This document shows positions 26,011 through 37,800 of a stretch of DNA of 64,000 bases, in pieces. Location of the stretch: assembly GCA_964187785.1 (NCBI GenBank), contig OZ076409.1, positions 89,282,001-89,346,000 on the forward strand, given 5' to 3'. Both the position numbers and the translations under genes were made by a program. This DNA is from Amphiscolops sp. MND2022 (taxonomy: Eukaryota). Position 1 is the stretch's first letter. Every line of letters starts with the position of its first letter. Under the pieces are notes generated by a model. The model did not search any database. It saw nothing but the letters and a program-made list of their open reading frames with translations, and was not told where the DNA came from.

Positions 26011-27909
26011 TTCTCGATCCATGAACAAGCCATCGGTTAACAAGTGCGTGCACCATGAAACTTTACACTGGGTGAGTGAAAATGGTCTTCCAACTTGGCC
26101 CATTTTTCTGTAAGGGAAAAAACAATTGCCAATTGAATCGTGTTTTGTTTCAATATTCTGTTTCAGAATTGGCCCTGTTGCAATGGTAAATAGTCTTTTG
26201 GCTTAATGCCATTTGGCCTATAGTCAATTGGCCCAATGTGCATAGTCACTTTGCTTAATTCTTCAAAAACCAAACATCTTCATTTGATTTCGAAAGTAGC
26301 CGTACGTATGAGACGTAACTAGTGATGGGGAGTGTTTTCAAGAAAAGACTCCTCGTGCTGTTTCTTAGAATTGGACCACGTCTCAAATTTCTTTATACCC
26401 TTTGGCCGCTAATGGATGTCTTTCTAAGCGAGGTCCAGACATGCTCCCAATCAATCGCTGTGCGATCTTTCCTTCTGCTAGATCTTTTTAACTGCGATGC
26501 GTACAAACAACATTAGTAACAATATCGAGGAGATTCCTTCACGTCATCTTGTTCTCTCAGTTTTTTTTCTAGGGTTAAAGGATTCGGAGAGTTGAACGTC
26601 GACACAGAAATCTATACAAACAAGCATGTTCATGAAATGCATTGATGCCTTTAAAAAACATCAAGATTGCTTTCAAACTTTGAACATTTCAGGCGATTAG
26701 CGAATAATTTTTCAAAGTGTTCATAGGTAGGAATAACTACCATTTTCAAAGTCAAAACAATCAATGTCTTTTTAAATCAAAGCGACGCGAAGCGGCAACA
26801 CAAGCTTGTGTGGTCAGAATGGGGGCTTCTCAGCTACAATTTTATTCCGACTTACTAATATCAAGAGGTTTCGAATTCTGCCATGAAGAGTCTTTCAAGA
26901 GCAAAAGCTATTATAGACAGGAACCAAACCGGGAACGGCATAAATCATTGTCGCAGTTAAGGCTCAAAAATAGCAAAAGGACTTGAAAGCGTCAAGTATT
27001 CTCTTCCACAATACCCAAAAAACCCAAAGGGGACCGAAAAATTGAAGGGTGACCCTTCAGAGACATTTAAAAGTGTTCGAAAAGAGAGTCCCACAAAGCC
27101 GAAAAAAAACCCGAACGGGGGAGGGACCATTTAGTCTTGTCCGGATTTGCATAGTACGCTAGAAAAGGGAACAACTTTTATAGTTCAGTTCCCTGGGCCA
27201 AATGGTACAATTTGGCGCCTTAAAATTTTGTAGAACTTGTAGAACTGTTTTGGTCAGTTAGTCTGGATAAAAAATAGAATCGCTAATATAGCCGCGTTTC
27301 ACTTCATGAAGCGCAGTTTAAAAACCCGAGCGCGACTTCAAATTTATTGACAAACATTAACTGAAAATCGAGAGTAGATTTTTTGGTGTACCGGTTTCTG
27401 TTGTATTGAATTCTCTCGACGAAGTCAGGGAAAATTTTTTTGAAATAGAAGACTGATATGAGGGAACAAATTCTTGTGCTCAATAAACAGTTTTTCGAAC
27501 ATAAGAAACTTTGGCAGGCAAGTTATTCAATTTTAATACTAAGCGGAGTCGCAGTGATGCTTGAATAGCTGAGAAAATTTTAAAAGTCGAATCGTGTACT
27601 TATGATTGCAACACGATTCGGATTGATTCAATTTCATCAATACCAACACGAAAACCGAACCATTAAGACTTGAATCACACAGTAGAGCTTCAATTTTCAA
27701 CATCCGTCGCCAAAACTATCTCGGATGTTCTCATTCTGTCAAAAAAACTCGTGTAATTGAGATTGATAGCAAGTGCATTGAAGCTTGAATCGAAGAAGAA
27801 TACTCAAGAAAAATGTCCCAAAAAGAAGTTGAAAGATTTGATGACACAATAACTGCTTCTGAGTGGATTCCCTGGAAAGTGAAAGAAGGGCGACCAGAAG
27901 CTATACCAG
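25670..27909 (+). repeat. Host segment, copy 1 (duplicated at 42440-44531)
   Basis: Near-identical sequence; ORFs 26322 and 26717 recur at 42946 and 43339. Confidence 0.95.
27813..27909 (+). pseudogene. Exon 1 of the nuclease-helicase gene, truncated by the LTR insertion
   Basis: MSQKEVERF...EAIP is identical to 44435-44531 and then runs into the LTR. Confidence 0.85.
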
Positions 27910-29267
27910 TGTTACGACTATTGTTCGGTGTTGTTTTAGAACTAGTCGCAGTTTGTGTTTTGACTGGGGTGGACGTTCTTGCTACGGAGATGTTTTCTTG
28001 GTCAGAATCAGAATCTTGCAAGTTCGGATTGACTGAACGTTTCTTGCTCGCAGGTGCTATTAATTTGAGCATTTCCTTTTGATTTTCAGCTAATATTTTT
28101 GTTAGATCAGTCATTATCTCTTTTCTCAGTGTTGTTTTTATTTCCTCCAGATTTTCAAGCTCAAGTCTAGGGTTTTTACTAGAGCTAGGTATCAGGTTTT
28201 CAGTGGAGTTATTTTCAGTTAGAGAAGCTTCAAAATCTCCTGACGCTAACTCAGCTATAGCTTTTCTCTTCTGGCTCCTTGTCGTCATTTTCAAAGTTGA
28301 GATGTCAGAGTCTTTGGCAAGAATTAAATTCTTCAAAGAAATTTTGAGTTTTCGTAATTACAACGAGCAACAAAGTTTTGAAACAAATTCAAGATCAACT
28401 AAAAATACATGTCCTCTCTACATATTTATACCTTCTTAGCATCATTTGTTCCTCACCTAAAAATTCCTAGGAATCCTAAAAATCGGGTTTGTTCAACAAA
28501 ATTCGCCGATGATTCAAATTATTTCAGTCTGGCGTCATAAATTCAGGTATCGGAATCCTAGTTGCGTCAACATTCCGTGAGACTTTGTTGAAATCATTTT
28601 TGTTCAGATAATTCATTTCCTGTTTGGTCTTCAGATCGCGGTAAAATAGAAATCTAACTGACATTTTCATCGACGCAAGCACGCCGGCGTGAACTATTAG
28701 TCAATATTCAACTCAAGGAGTTGGAATTTTGAAGAAAAAGATGATGTTCAAAAAGGGCGACGGAAACGATACGTCGCTGAAAATTCGCCGTTGAGAATAT
28801 TTGAAATGAGAAACAAATGATGCTAATGGACATTAAGACAGACTGACTTCAGTATACAACAAACATAAAATCCAACATAAAAATTGACTTGGGTTACGGG
28901 AATACTCCGTATCATGTCCCAAATACTAACTAACTGCAACAGCACAAGAATAAAACAATGTAACAAAGGCATTTCAAAACTGGTACAAATCCGAAATTGC
29001 TTTCGGGATCATTCATTCATCATTATAATTAGGGTTAGGTTATAAAATTAGCATCAAACAGACATCAGTATAATTTACGTAAACACTTCGTGACTTGGAA
29101 TTAGGTCCTGAGTAGTACAGCTTTTATCATACAGAAAACATGACGTAAGTTTACGAGGATTAGTGCAAAATTCATCACCATCAACTGATTATAAAAGTAT
29201 CCTCTTCCTCTGCCTCTTCCTAGGGCGAAACACCATTCACACCCACGACCGGGAGCGGGTCGTGACA
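27910..29267 (-). repeat. 3' LTR of element B (1358 bp)
   Basis: Termini TGTTACGAC...GTCGTGACA; matches 41092-42439. Confidence 0.92.
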
Positions 29268-30045
29268 GGGCCCCTCTCCTCGCTAAATACGTTGGTAGGC
29301 CGTGGCAATGGGGAATTTCTTTTGTGACTAGCACTGAGGGTCGGCTTAGGTAGTTTCTCATCGGGTGGGGGCCGCGACCTCTCCCCGCAGTCATACGGGC
29401 AATTCTCTTTTCTTCTTCTTCAAGTTCCCGCACCATGTTTTCGAAGTGCTCCCGTTCTTCTTGAGTGATTTCAGGTGGCTTGATTGGTTCATTCAGATCA
29501 TTCAAGCTTGAGTCTGCTAATTGCGTGCGGGGGGCGTTTACTTTTCTACAGGGCTTGAAAGGAGGCAGGCTTGGCTTCTTTGCTACGTTATTTCCTCGTC
29601 CTAGGGACCTGAAAAATTGGCGGTCTTCTAAGTCAAGATCGTAGAGGGCCTCTAAGTCGTCTGTGGAGGGTCCGTTTCCTCCCTGGGCCACGATAGTCCC
29701 TCGTTTCCTTTCATTACCCAGCGTGGGGAAATTTTCTTTTTCTTTACTTTGAGGGGGGAGAGTAGGAGTCTCAGGTTCTTCATAGTAGTCATCAGAGTCG
29801 ACGTCTTCGGGTAGGGCAAAAGATACTCTTGTTAGCCTTTTCTTTTTCTTGGGTGTCGGTGTTTCTTTCGCTGGCGATTCTGGGCTTGACTCTAATTCGG
29901 CGTCGCTTCCACGGTAAACTTCCGTGGAAGAGTCACTGAGGTCAAGTCTTCCGACCATATTTACCGGTACGGTCTTCAATGGCGTGCTGTGTCTCATATT
30001 TTCTTCATCTGATGAGATGTCGATGACTAGTGAATATCCTGCCAT
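29101..30045 (-). CDS. Element B ORF3, a 314-aa low-complexity, probably nuclear protein of unknown function
   Basis: Open ATG-initiated ORF with LVIDISSDEE, PKKKKR and RGRG repeats. It crosses the PPT and ends inside the 3' LTR. Confidence 0.75.
   Translation of the reverse strand: MAGYSLVIDISSDEENMRHSTPLKTVPVNMVGRLDLSDSSTEVYRGSDAELESSPESPAKETPTPKKKKRLTRVSFALPEDVDSDDYYEEPETPTLPPQSKEKENFPTLGNERKRGTIVAQGGNGPSTDDLEALYDLDLEDRQFFRSLGRGNNVAKKPSLPPFKPCRKVNAPRTQLADSSLNDLNEPIKPPEITQEEREHFENMVRELEEEEKRIARMTAGRGRGPHPMRNYLSRPSVLVTKEIPHCHGLPTYLARRGALSRPAPGRGCEWCFALGRGRGRGYFYNQLMVMNFALILVNLRHVFCMIKAVLLRT
29271..29281 (-). promoter_or_regulatory. Polypurine tract (GAGGAGAGGGG)
   Basis: Lies 3 nt upstream of the TG that starts the 3' LTR on the minus strand. 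Confidence 0.8.
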
Positions 30046-30688
30046 TTTTAAAGCGGTAGAAATTGCGAAGTTTCTTTTAATCTATGCAGGCGAGATTGTT
30101 TATTTAGATTAGTGAAGCGCTGGTCAAGCTTTGTGAAAGTTGAACGACAAATGAACGTTTCACTTTGCTTTCTTTTGTAATTCCCAACGAATTCTTATTG
30201 GTCGATTTCTGTTTTCGTTCCGGTTCGTCTCGAGTTAAGTGAAACAAATTCTTTTCTGCTGCGCTGTGATTGGTTTAAATCTTTAAGGAAAACTTCTAAT
30301 TTTAGCTCTCGTCCTCTTTTAGATTAGTGGCGTAATGACATCTTTGATTTTCATTGTCGAATTACGTCCGTATTTCATGATCTCTTGATGTTTTTCCATG
30401 ATTTCCTTTAGTAATTCTCAATGAATGTCTATCCACCAGTAGTGTTTTTGGAAACGTTTTGTCTCGTCAATGCTTATGATAAGCTTGAGATATGAAGCTA
30501 TGAATGGTTCCTTTTCCTTTTGAGTGAGAATGATATTAAGTTCTTTTAATTAGATGCGTTCACGTAACGCGTTTTCGTCTTTTTCATTTTCCTCTTTAGG
30601 ATTTCCGTGATAGTTCCGTGTAGTTTCTGTTTTATATTTCTCTTTCCTTTTAGATTTCCTTGACAATTCGTCTTTCATCGTGTCTGGT

Positions 30689-33600
30689 ATGATGGATCAA
30701 GAAGAGGTAGAACGTGGCACTGCTGTAACTTCTGGTCACATAAGTGGAAATGAGACTGGCTACAATTATTCCGAAGATGACGTAGTGTCTACGGAGAATG
30801 TAGTTGGATTGTCTACTTCAGGTTGTTAAAATCTTTCTGACTTCCATGGGAATCCGGACCTTGGTATTTTTGGTGATCAGCCTTTTTGGTCCTACCCGTA
30901 ACTCTGACGCGTCTGAATCCAGATCTTGATTTTCAGTAGCTCAACCTGGTTTTCCTTCCACTTCTCTTGGATTGGTTGTGGGAAATCCCTCTCCCGTTTT
31001 GCCACCAGTTAGTAGTCTCCTGTCAGTTGCAACTCCTCCTGGCTTTAGGGCTGCGCTTGCCCAGGCAGCTACATCGGCCGTGCCCGCTGAATTTCCTCCT
31101 ACTGAGGATATTGTTACGACTTGCTCTCGTACCCAACTCGATGCTGTGTCTCAAGGAGGTGAGACTGATTCCCCCTCCGAGGAAGAAACAAGTTAGTAGG
31201 TTTTGTCGTTGTCGTATTAATGCGCAGAAAGAAAGGTGGCTAGTGATGGGAGTATTGGGTTTGTGTTTTAGGTCCTTCAGTTCGTCAAAGGCGGTCACAG
31301 GTCGTGAGCTTTTCGACACCGCCTAAACGAGCTAAAACGGGCGATACTCCTCCTCCTTCACCATTGACTCCTGCCGAGGGGTGGATTAGTTAGTGTATTT
31401 TGTATTATCACACTGTTGCACAGGTATTGTTGTGGGGTTCGAAGATTTTGACGAGTTAAAATAGTGTGATTTTTGAAATCATCTACTTTGCAGGGTTGTT
31501 TTGTAGTGTCGTTGTGTTGTAGGTAACGACGAGTTGACGTTGAGTCCGCAGGGTCTGAAATTGATGGGTCAGCAGATTGTGGAAGAAGTTGACACGCGGA
31601 CTGCTCGGGCAATTCGAAATAGTGAGTATTTGTTTGTACTATATGTATAGGTTAGTTGCAGGGTGGGTTTTTAGGGTATGGTTTTTCACGATGTCATTCC
31701 GTTTGTCGTGTGTTGCAGGTTTCAGTGAGTTGAAAGCGAGGATGGACGCGCAAACTGGCAGTCGCACAAAAGCCAAAAAGTACAGTCGCAAGAACATGTT
31801 GAGCAAACGCATGTTATCGTTGCATCCCGCATATCGTGATTTCGTGAGCGGATCAAAGACAGGGGCCGGGACTCACTTTCATTGCCTGGTCTGTAAGCGT
31901 GATGTGGCCATGGGATCGCAGGGGTCTCGAGAGTTTGCTCGGCATTTCCAGTCTGACAGTCACTGGGACAAGGACGTCGTATACCGGGTTCATATGGGCA
32001 TGCCCGTGTTGAACAAACTGATGGAGCCCTTGCAGCTAAGTGAAGGGCAGCTTGCTGAATATCGCGCGAAGCCTTTCGTTGAGCTGGGTACTGGGTACCC
32101 GTTTCCTGAAGATCTCCTGCCGAAACACTCGCGCGTGGAATCAAAAATTCCCTTCATGACCTTTGTGGGCTGTCTCTGTGATTTGTTGCGTTGTGGAGGC
32201 GATTTTGCTCTGGTGCGGCAACTCTGGAGTCACTTTTGTGTGTCACTGGACAAGCAGAAGGCTGATTTCACTTTGCATTGGAGTCGTTCGGAATCCGTGG
32301 TAAGTTGTGTGTTTGGTGTGTTTGTCTTCCTGTTCATCGTTTGGAGTTTGAGAGTTCATAATTTCCCGGTTTTATTTGTTGTTTCCAATAGTGTTCTTCT
32401 TTTGGAGTTATTGTGCTCTTCTTCTTCTCTCTTTTCTTTTATTTTTTCCTCTTTTTTTCCTTTTTTCAGACGTAGGTATAACGAATCATTGTGGCGTTTG
32501 TATTTTAGTCGTTTCTCTGTCAGGGGCTTGCTCCTCGAGTTCTCCGTCTAATGGTTAATGGGATAACGACGTTCAAGGACTATAGTATTCAGTTCGAGAA
32601 AGATCTTTTCGTGGAGCGTTGATACGTCCTATTTTGGGAAAATAATCAGTTGAAGAAAGTGTGTGTTGGGAGTGAGCCTATTGATCAGCCCGTTCCTGAT
32701 GCAGAGTTGGTACCCTTGTCCCGCGTGATCCATGTTCTGGAGTCAAAGCATTTGCCGTTGATTGTTCGTGGTGCCAGTCCCAGTTTGCTGAGTGTGATGG
32801 GCAGTAATCGCTCGGATGGTCGCCGTTTTGTTGTGTACCACGAGTTCAATGAGGAGACCTTCATACAGTTCCTGCGTCAAGCCCATCAGGACATATTTGG
32901 GATGGTAGATATTATTACCATCGTGGAGTATTTGATTCAACGGCTCCGGAATGCAGTTTACGAGGAGTGGACGGAGGACAAGGTTGTGCTGTGCAGATGT
33001 CTTCGAAGAGGCTCCGTTGAGTTCTATGAGTATCGCGAGTTATTGACGGACTTGATTAGTCTTTGGCCTTCAATTCGTCCGTACATCCGTTGCACTGTCA
33101 ATCCCGAAGCACGTGGCAAATCAGCTACTGTTAGTATTTTTATTGGTTGCTTTGTCGTTTGCATCACGTGTTGTTTGTAGCTATAGTCGGTTGGATTGTG
33201 TTTTTGTTCTTTTCCAGATGTTGGGGACAGACTGGCATCTGATTGCTGATAACATGATCGTGCAGCGTTTGGGTCTGTTACGATTTGTTCTCGACACTTG
33301 TAAGTATGATGCTGATTGGTGTTGTTCTCGATTGATGCTTGTATCTATCCAGTATGATTGTGTCGTTTGTTATTGTCTGATTGCGTTTGGTGTTCGGTTG
33401 TAGTGTTCGGTATTATCTTTGTAAACCTTTGCTGGTGTTTTAGTTCAAATTAATTTTGAGAAGATGCGTCAGCAACGAAAGGATTACGGCTTCCATGGCT
33501 ACAGTGAATTGTGCCATTTTGTGTATTGTCTACTTCTGCGGACTCGGGAGATTGAGTCATTGCCTGGTATCCATGATTGGGAGGCGTACATGGACGTGAA

Positions 33601-34669
33601 GAAAATGTCCGAATACCCTGCTGCATCAATGGAGACTTTCTTGGACAATTGTGACTTCGGTCGTGAGTTGCTCGCTGGAAAAACGTCTGAGGCTCAGGAG
33701 TTCCGTAGATATTGTCGTGATTTCCTGGATCAGCTGGTCACTGTCATTTTGAACAGTCCTAGTGTGTCATCTGTTGTGGCGAAAGGTCTTTGCAGTTTCA
33801 GTCCTGAGATTCTGTTGGAGGGAGATGCCCATTCCGTGTTTACCTTGTTTGCGGATCTCACTGGAGTATTGGTTTCGTGTGGAATTTTATCGTCCGATGA
33901 TTCCAACGCTGCTATTGCCCAATTCAGCAGTTACGTGGTGGAGAAAAGGAGGTGGCACGAAGGGTCTGACGTGAATGCCAGCGAGATCCCGGATGTGGTA
34001 CGCTATTTGCTGCAGGACTTTAGCTTTGTCGCTCGTCCGGAAGTGTGCCGAGTTCTGAAGTTATGCTGTCTTGTAGTTGGGGTCCCCGCAGTGCAGTATC
34101 CTCCCGTATCATTTGACCTGAGCGGCTGTGCTTTGAGTAAAGCTGTCTTCCATGATTGCGTACGCTTAGTGCAATCGTACGTTTTGTGTGCGGGGTATGA
34201 GCATCAGGTGTTCTTTACTGATGTGACTTTGGATGCGGTTCGAGATGCCATCGTTACTGCAGGGATCTTTTATATTACTCCTGGCTATGATCTCTGGAAG
34301 AATTACTGTGATCCTGGTGTGGACTCATTCATCGCCAACTATCGCAAATTGTATTCTACTTTTTTGTTGGAACGCCGCAAATCTTCAGAGAGGTATTATG
34401 TGGAGTGCAATAAAGCGAACAGACGTGCTCGTGGCAGTGTCGGGGCTTCTGGATCGGAGACTGGCAGTAATGTGAGCGGCGCCTCGAAGAAGAGTAAGAG
34501 CGGGAGTACTACGATACATGGTGGTGCGTCCGGGTCAAAGTCTGTGAAAAAGGTATCTAGTCAGTCTAGTCATTCTGGACAGCCGAAGAAACCAAAAAGT
34601 GGTACGAAGGGGCGGAAGAAAGATTCCAGTGAGGAACGAGATCCTGATGTCGTCCATAGAGTGGCATAA
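30689..34669 (+). CDS. Antisense 8-exon hAT-transposase-derived gene inside element B (~1037 codons, one in-frame TGA at 32620)
   Basis: Exons 30689-30821, 30937-31191, 31272-31388, 31523-31621, 31719-32299, 32509-33129, 33218-33299 and 33444-34669. All introns are GT-AG and phase-compatible (3114 nt total). Contains a C2H2/BED-like finger and hAT-like blocks. Confidence 0.75.
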
Positions 34670-34817
34670 TTGTGATAGTAGACATTTATAGGTTGTAGAC
34701 TGTTTGATGTTTGTTATTGTTGATGATATTTTGGCGTTGTTTTTAGTATTTTATTTGTATTTTTGTTATAATTAACGTAGTCACTCCGGTTCGGTTTGAC
34801 ATGAGGAACTTTTCGTT

Positions 34818-37800
34818 CTAGGCGTGAGTTTGACGTAGTTCTTCCGTCGTAGCTGAGTCTAGCATTCTGAAGTCAGGGTTCACGTTAGGTTTCGGATTAG
34901 GTCTCAGATTGTATCGACCTACTTTCCTAGGGTTATATCCAACGACTATAGGCGGTAGTTCAGGCGTTTTGGGCGGGCTTTCTAGAGGCGGTGGTGTTAG
35001 TATATAGGGATTGTCACTGACATCCAGATTAAATGACGTTACGTTGTCGGGGGGTGTTTTGTCTCCTTCGGCTGTTTCATTTGTGGCTGTTTGAGCCACG
35101 TCATTTTCCGTTGTAATCTCGCTTGTGGTTGTTTGAACCACGTCATTTTGCGTTGTATGTTCGTCACTTTCGATTGTATCTGTGATCTCTGTGATTGTAG
35201 TTTCTTCTTTGGCGTTTTCCGTTGTGTCTCCGAACAGAACTTCTCCGAATTCGGTTTCCCAAGCTTGCGCGTACCAATCATTGTGGGTTGTTTTAACCTC
35301 TGGATCTGGAAGGTAATCTTCCCTTCTGACTGTTACGTCAGGTACTCGCTGATTGGGCGCATATAGCCTTAGGCGAATTCTATGGAGGGTTTGCGTGTAG
35401 CGGGTTCCCGTGCGGCGTACGACGTAGTTGTTGTTGGACAGTACTTTGACGATTATGTACGGACCCGTCCAGATGCAATCTTTGAAAGCGAATTTCATTG
35501 ACTGGTTGTCGGCTTTCGGATTCAAGACGTAGCAGTAGTCATTCACTTTGAGTGGCGTTGCAGTCGCTTTCTTGTCGTAGTATTGTTTGTACTTGAGATA
35601 TGACTGCATGAGGTTGTCTTTAGCTGCTTGTTGTATCTCAGCTATCTGCTTCTGTAGTTGATCCGTTAGTTCGTCGTTGTTGTCTTTTTTCCATTCCGGC
35701 TTTAGTCCCAGTTTGATGTCTAGGATGTTATACGGGATGCGTCCGTGAAACACTGTTGTAGGTTCGCAGCCTAAACTTTCATGGTAGCTTGTATTGTAAT
35801 TCATGACTGCTATTTGGACATATTTGTGCCACATGGATCGTCGTTCTCCCGTCGATATCTTTAGGGAGGTTTTTAAAGAGGCATGAGTCCTTTCTAGGAT
35901 GCCAATGGTTCGAGCGTGTTTCGTCGTTGCGTGGCTTATTCGTATATCGAGTGTTCGTGCTATTTGGTCGACTATTTCTGATCTGAATTGTGATCCTTTA
36001 TCTGTTAGTATAACGGTCGGTAGGTAGCAGTGTCGTGTCATGACGTCTATTATGCAGCGTGCGACTGTTTTTGCTGTCATGTCCTGTGTCGGGTATGCGA
36101 AAAGATAACGAGAGAAGACGTCCATCATCGTGACGATGTGCCGATATCCATTGGAGGATGGTAGATTTGGTAGTATATCTACTTCTAGGCAATCTTCTGG
36201 TCCCAATGTGAATTCAGTGTTGCTCAGCATTTTGGGACGTATCTGTCGCGTGTCGATTCTTTTGTTGGCGATGCAGTCTGGGCAACTGGTAACCCAGGCG
36301 CGGATTTTTCGTGCGAGTCCCGGGAAATAGTATTTGGCTCGGCATTCTTGTATCATCTTTGTTATTCCTGGATGTTTATTTGTCTTGCCATGTAGTGTTG
36401 ATAGGAGTTCTGGTACAAGGTGTTTAGGAATGATGACTTGATTGTGCGTGACTGATCCGTCCTCACCGTAGTATTTGCGCATTAGTACCCCATCTTTCAT
36501 GATGATTCTTTCTTCGTGGCGCAGTAGGTGGCGTCCTCGTGGTTCAGTCTTTAGTAGGTGTTTGTCGTATCCTTCGTGCGACACCCGTTGTTTTAACGCT
36601 TTCAGTAGGGGGTCTGCATCTTGTTCGTTTCTGATTCGTGCGTTTTCTTTGATCGCTCCGAATGCATATACTGCGGAGTTGAGGGGTATTTTGATGACTT
36701 CGGTGACTTTGGTAGAAAGATCTTTTTCATGTTCGTCGTTGGCACGTTGTTTGCTGAGGGCTTTCCTAGCGAAGATTTCTTGTTCTGATTCTTCCTCTTC
36801 ATCTGGGAGGAAGAAAAGTTGTTCTTCATCCGCTACATCCGATGATTGTAGGTTTACTTCTATCGGTGCCGTAAGTATGTCGTCTCGTAATTTCAGTTGT
36901 ACTTTCTCTTTAGGTGTGAGTTCAAGTCTTGAGAGGAAATCTGCTGCCGTATTTTGTGACCCTGCTACGTGCATGATGCGGAAATTAAATTGGAGTACAT
37001 AGTCGCAGGCATTCCAAAGTGCAGGTGGTGTAGTTTTCGTTTGGAAAAATCGTGTGACTGAACGGTTGTCAGTTAAAACTAGCGTCGGTATTGTCGCTTC
37101 CCATAATATATGGCTGTATTCGAGGAAGGCGTGATATATGGCTAGAAATTCTTTGCAATAGATTGACATTTTCAGTTGTGCTGGTGAAAAAACACGGGAT
37201 CCAAACGCGACAGGTGCGAAGGTTTTCTTTTTGGATAGTATTTTCTTTTCATCGTTTTCTTCTATCATGAGGGCATAGCCTGATGCGCGAAAACTTGCGT
37301 CTGTCATGAGAACGTATTGCTTTCCTGCTAGGGGCTGTCGGAGCGCGAGGCCACATGCTTCTGCTAGACTGTCATTGATTTCTTTGAAGTTGTCGACGAG
37401 TTCTTCGGATATTTTGATCTTGGCGTCGGCCTTTAGGAGTTCGTACATGCCTATGAGTTTTTCGGACAGGCGGGGTATGTAATTGCGATAATAATTGACG
37501 AATCCGATGTATTTTTGAACCTGTTTTTTGGACTTGGGGAATCGGACTTTAGAAAGGAAGTTTTTGACTTTCTGGTCTTGCGGTGCTATTCCGTCTGGGG
37601 TGATGGTTCTGCCGAGGAATTCAACTTGTGTAACTCCGAAATGACATTTTTCGATTGTCAATTTCAGGCCTGCTTGTCTGATGCATTTGAAAACTGCTCT
37701 AATGTTTTTGATGAGTTGTTCCGTCGTGTTTGCGGCAATACCAATGTCATCTACATACTGTGCACACTGATCTGCTTTGATGACTGCGTCGAGGTACTCT

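Noticed and set aside
29101..34669. env gene in the pol-LTR interval
   Set aside because: No signal peptide, furin site plus TM architecture. The hydrophobic ORF tails (e.g. 32300-32551) are T-rich intron sequence.
27910..34801. A single giant ~6.9-kb LTR
   Set aside because: The inverted terminus GTCGTGACA and a PPT at 29267-29281 define a 1358-bp LTR.
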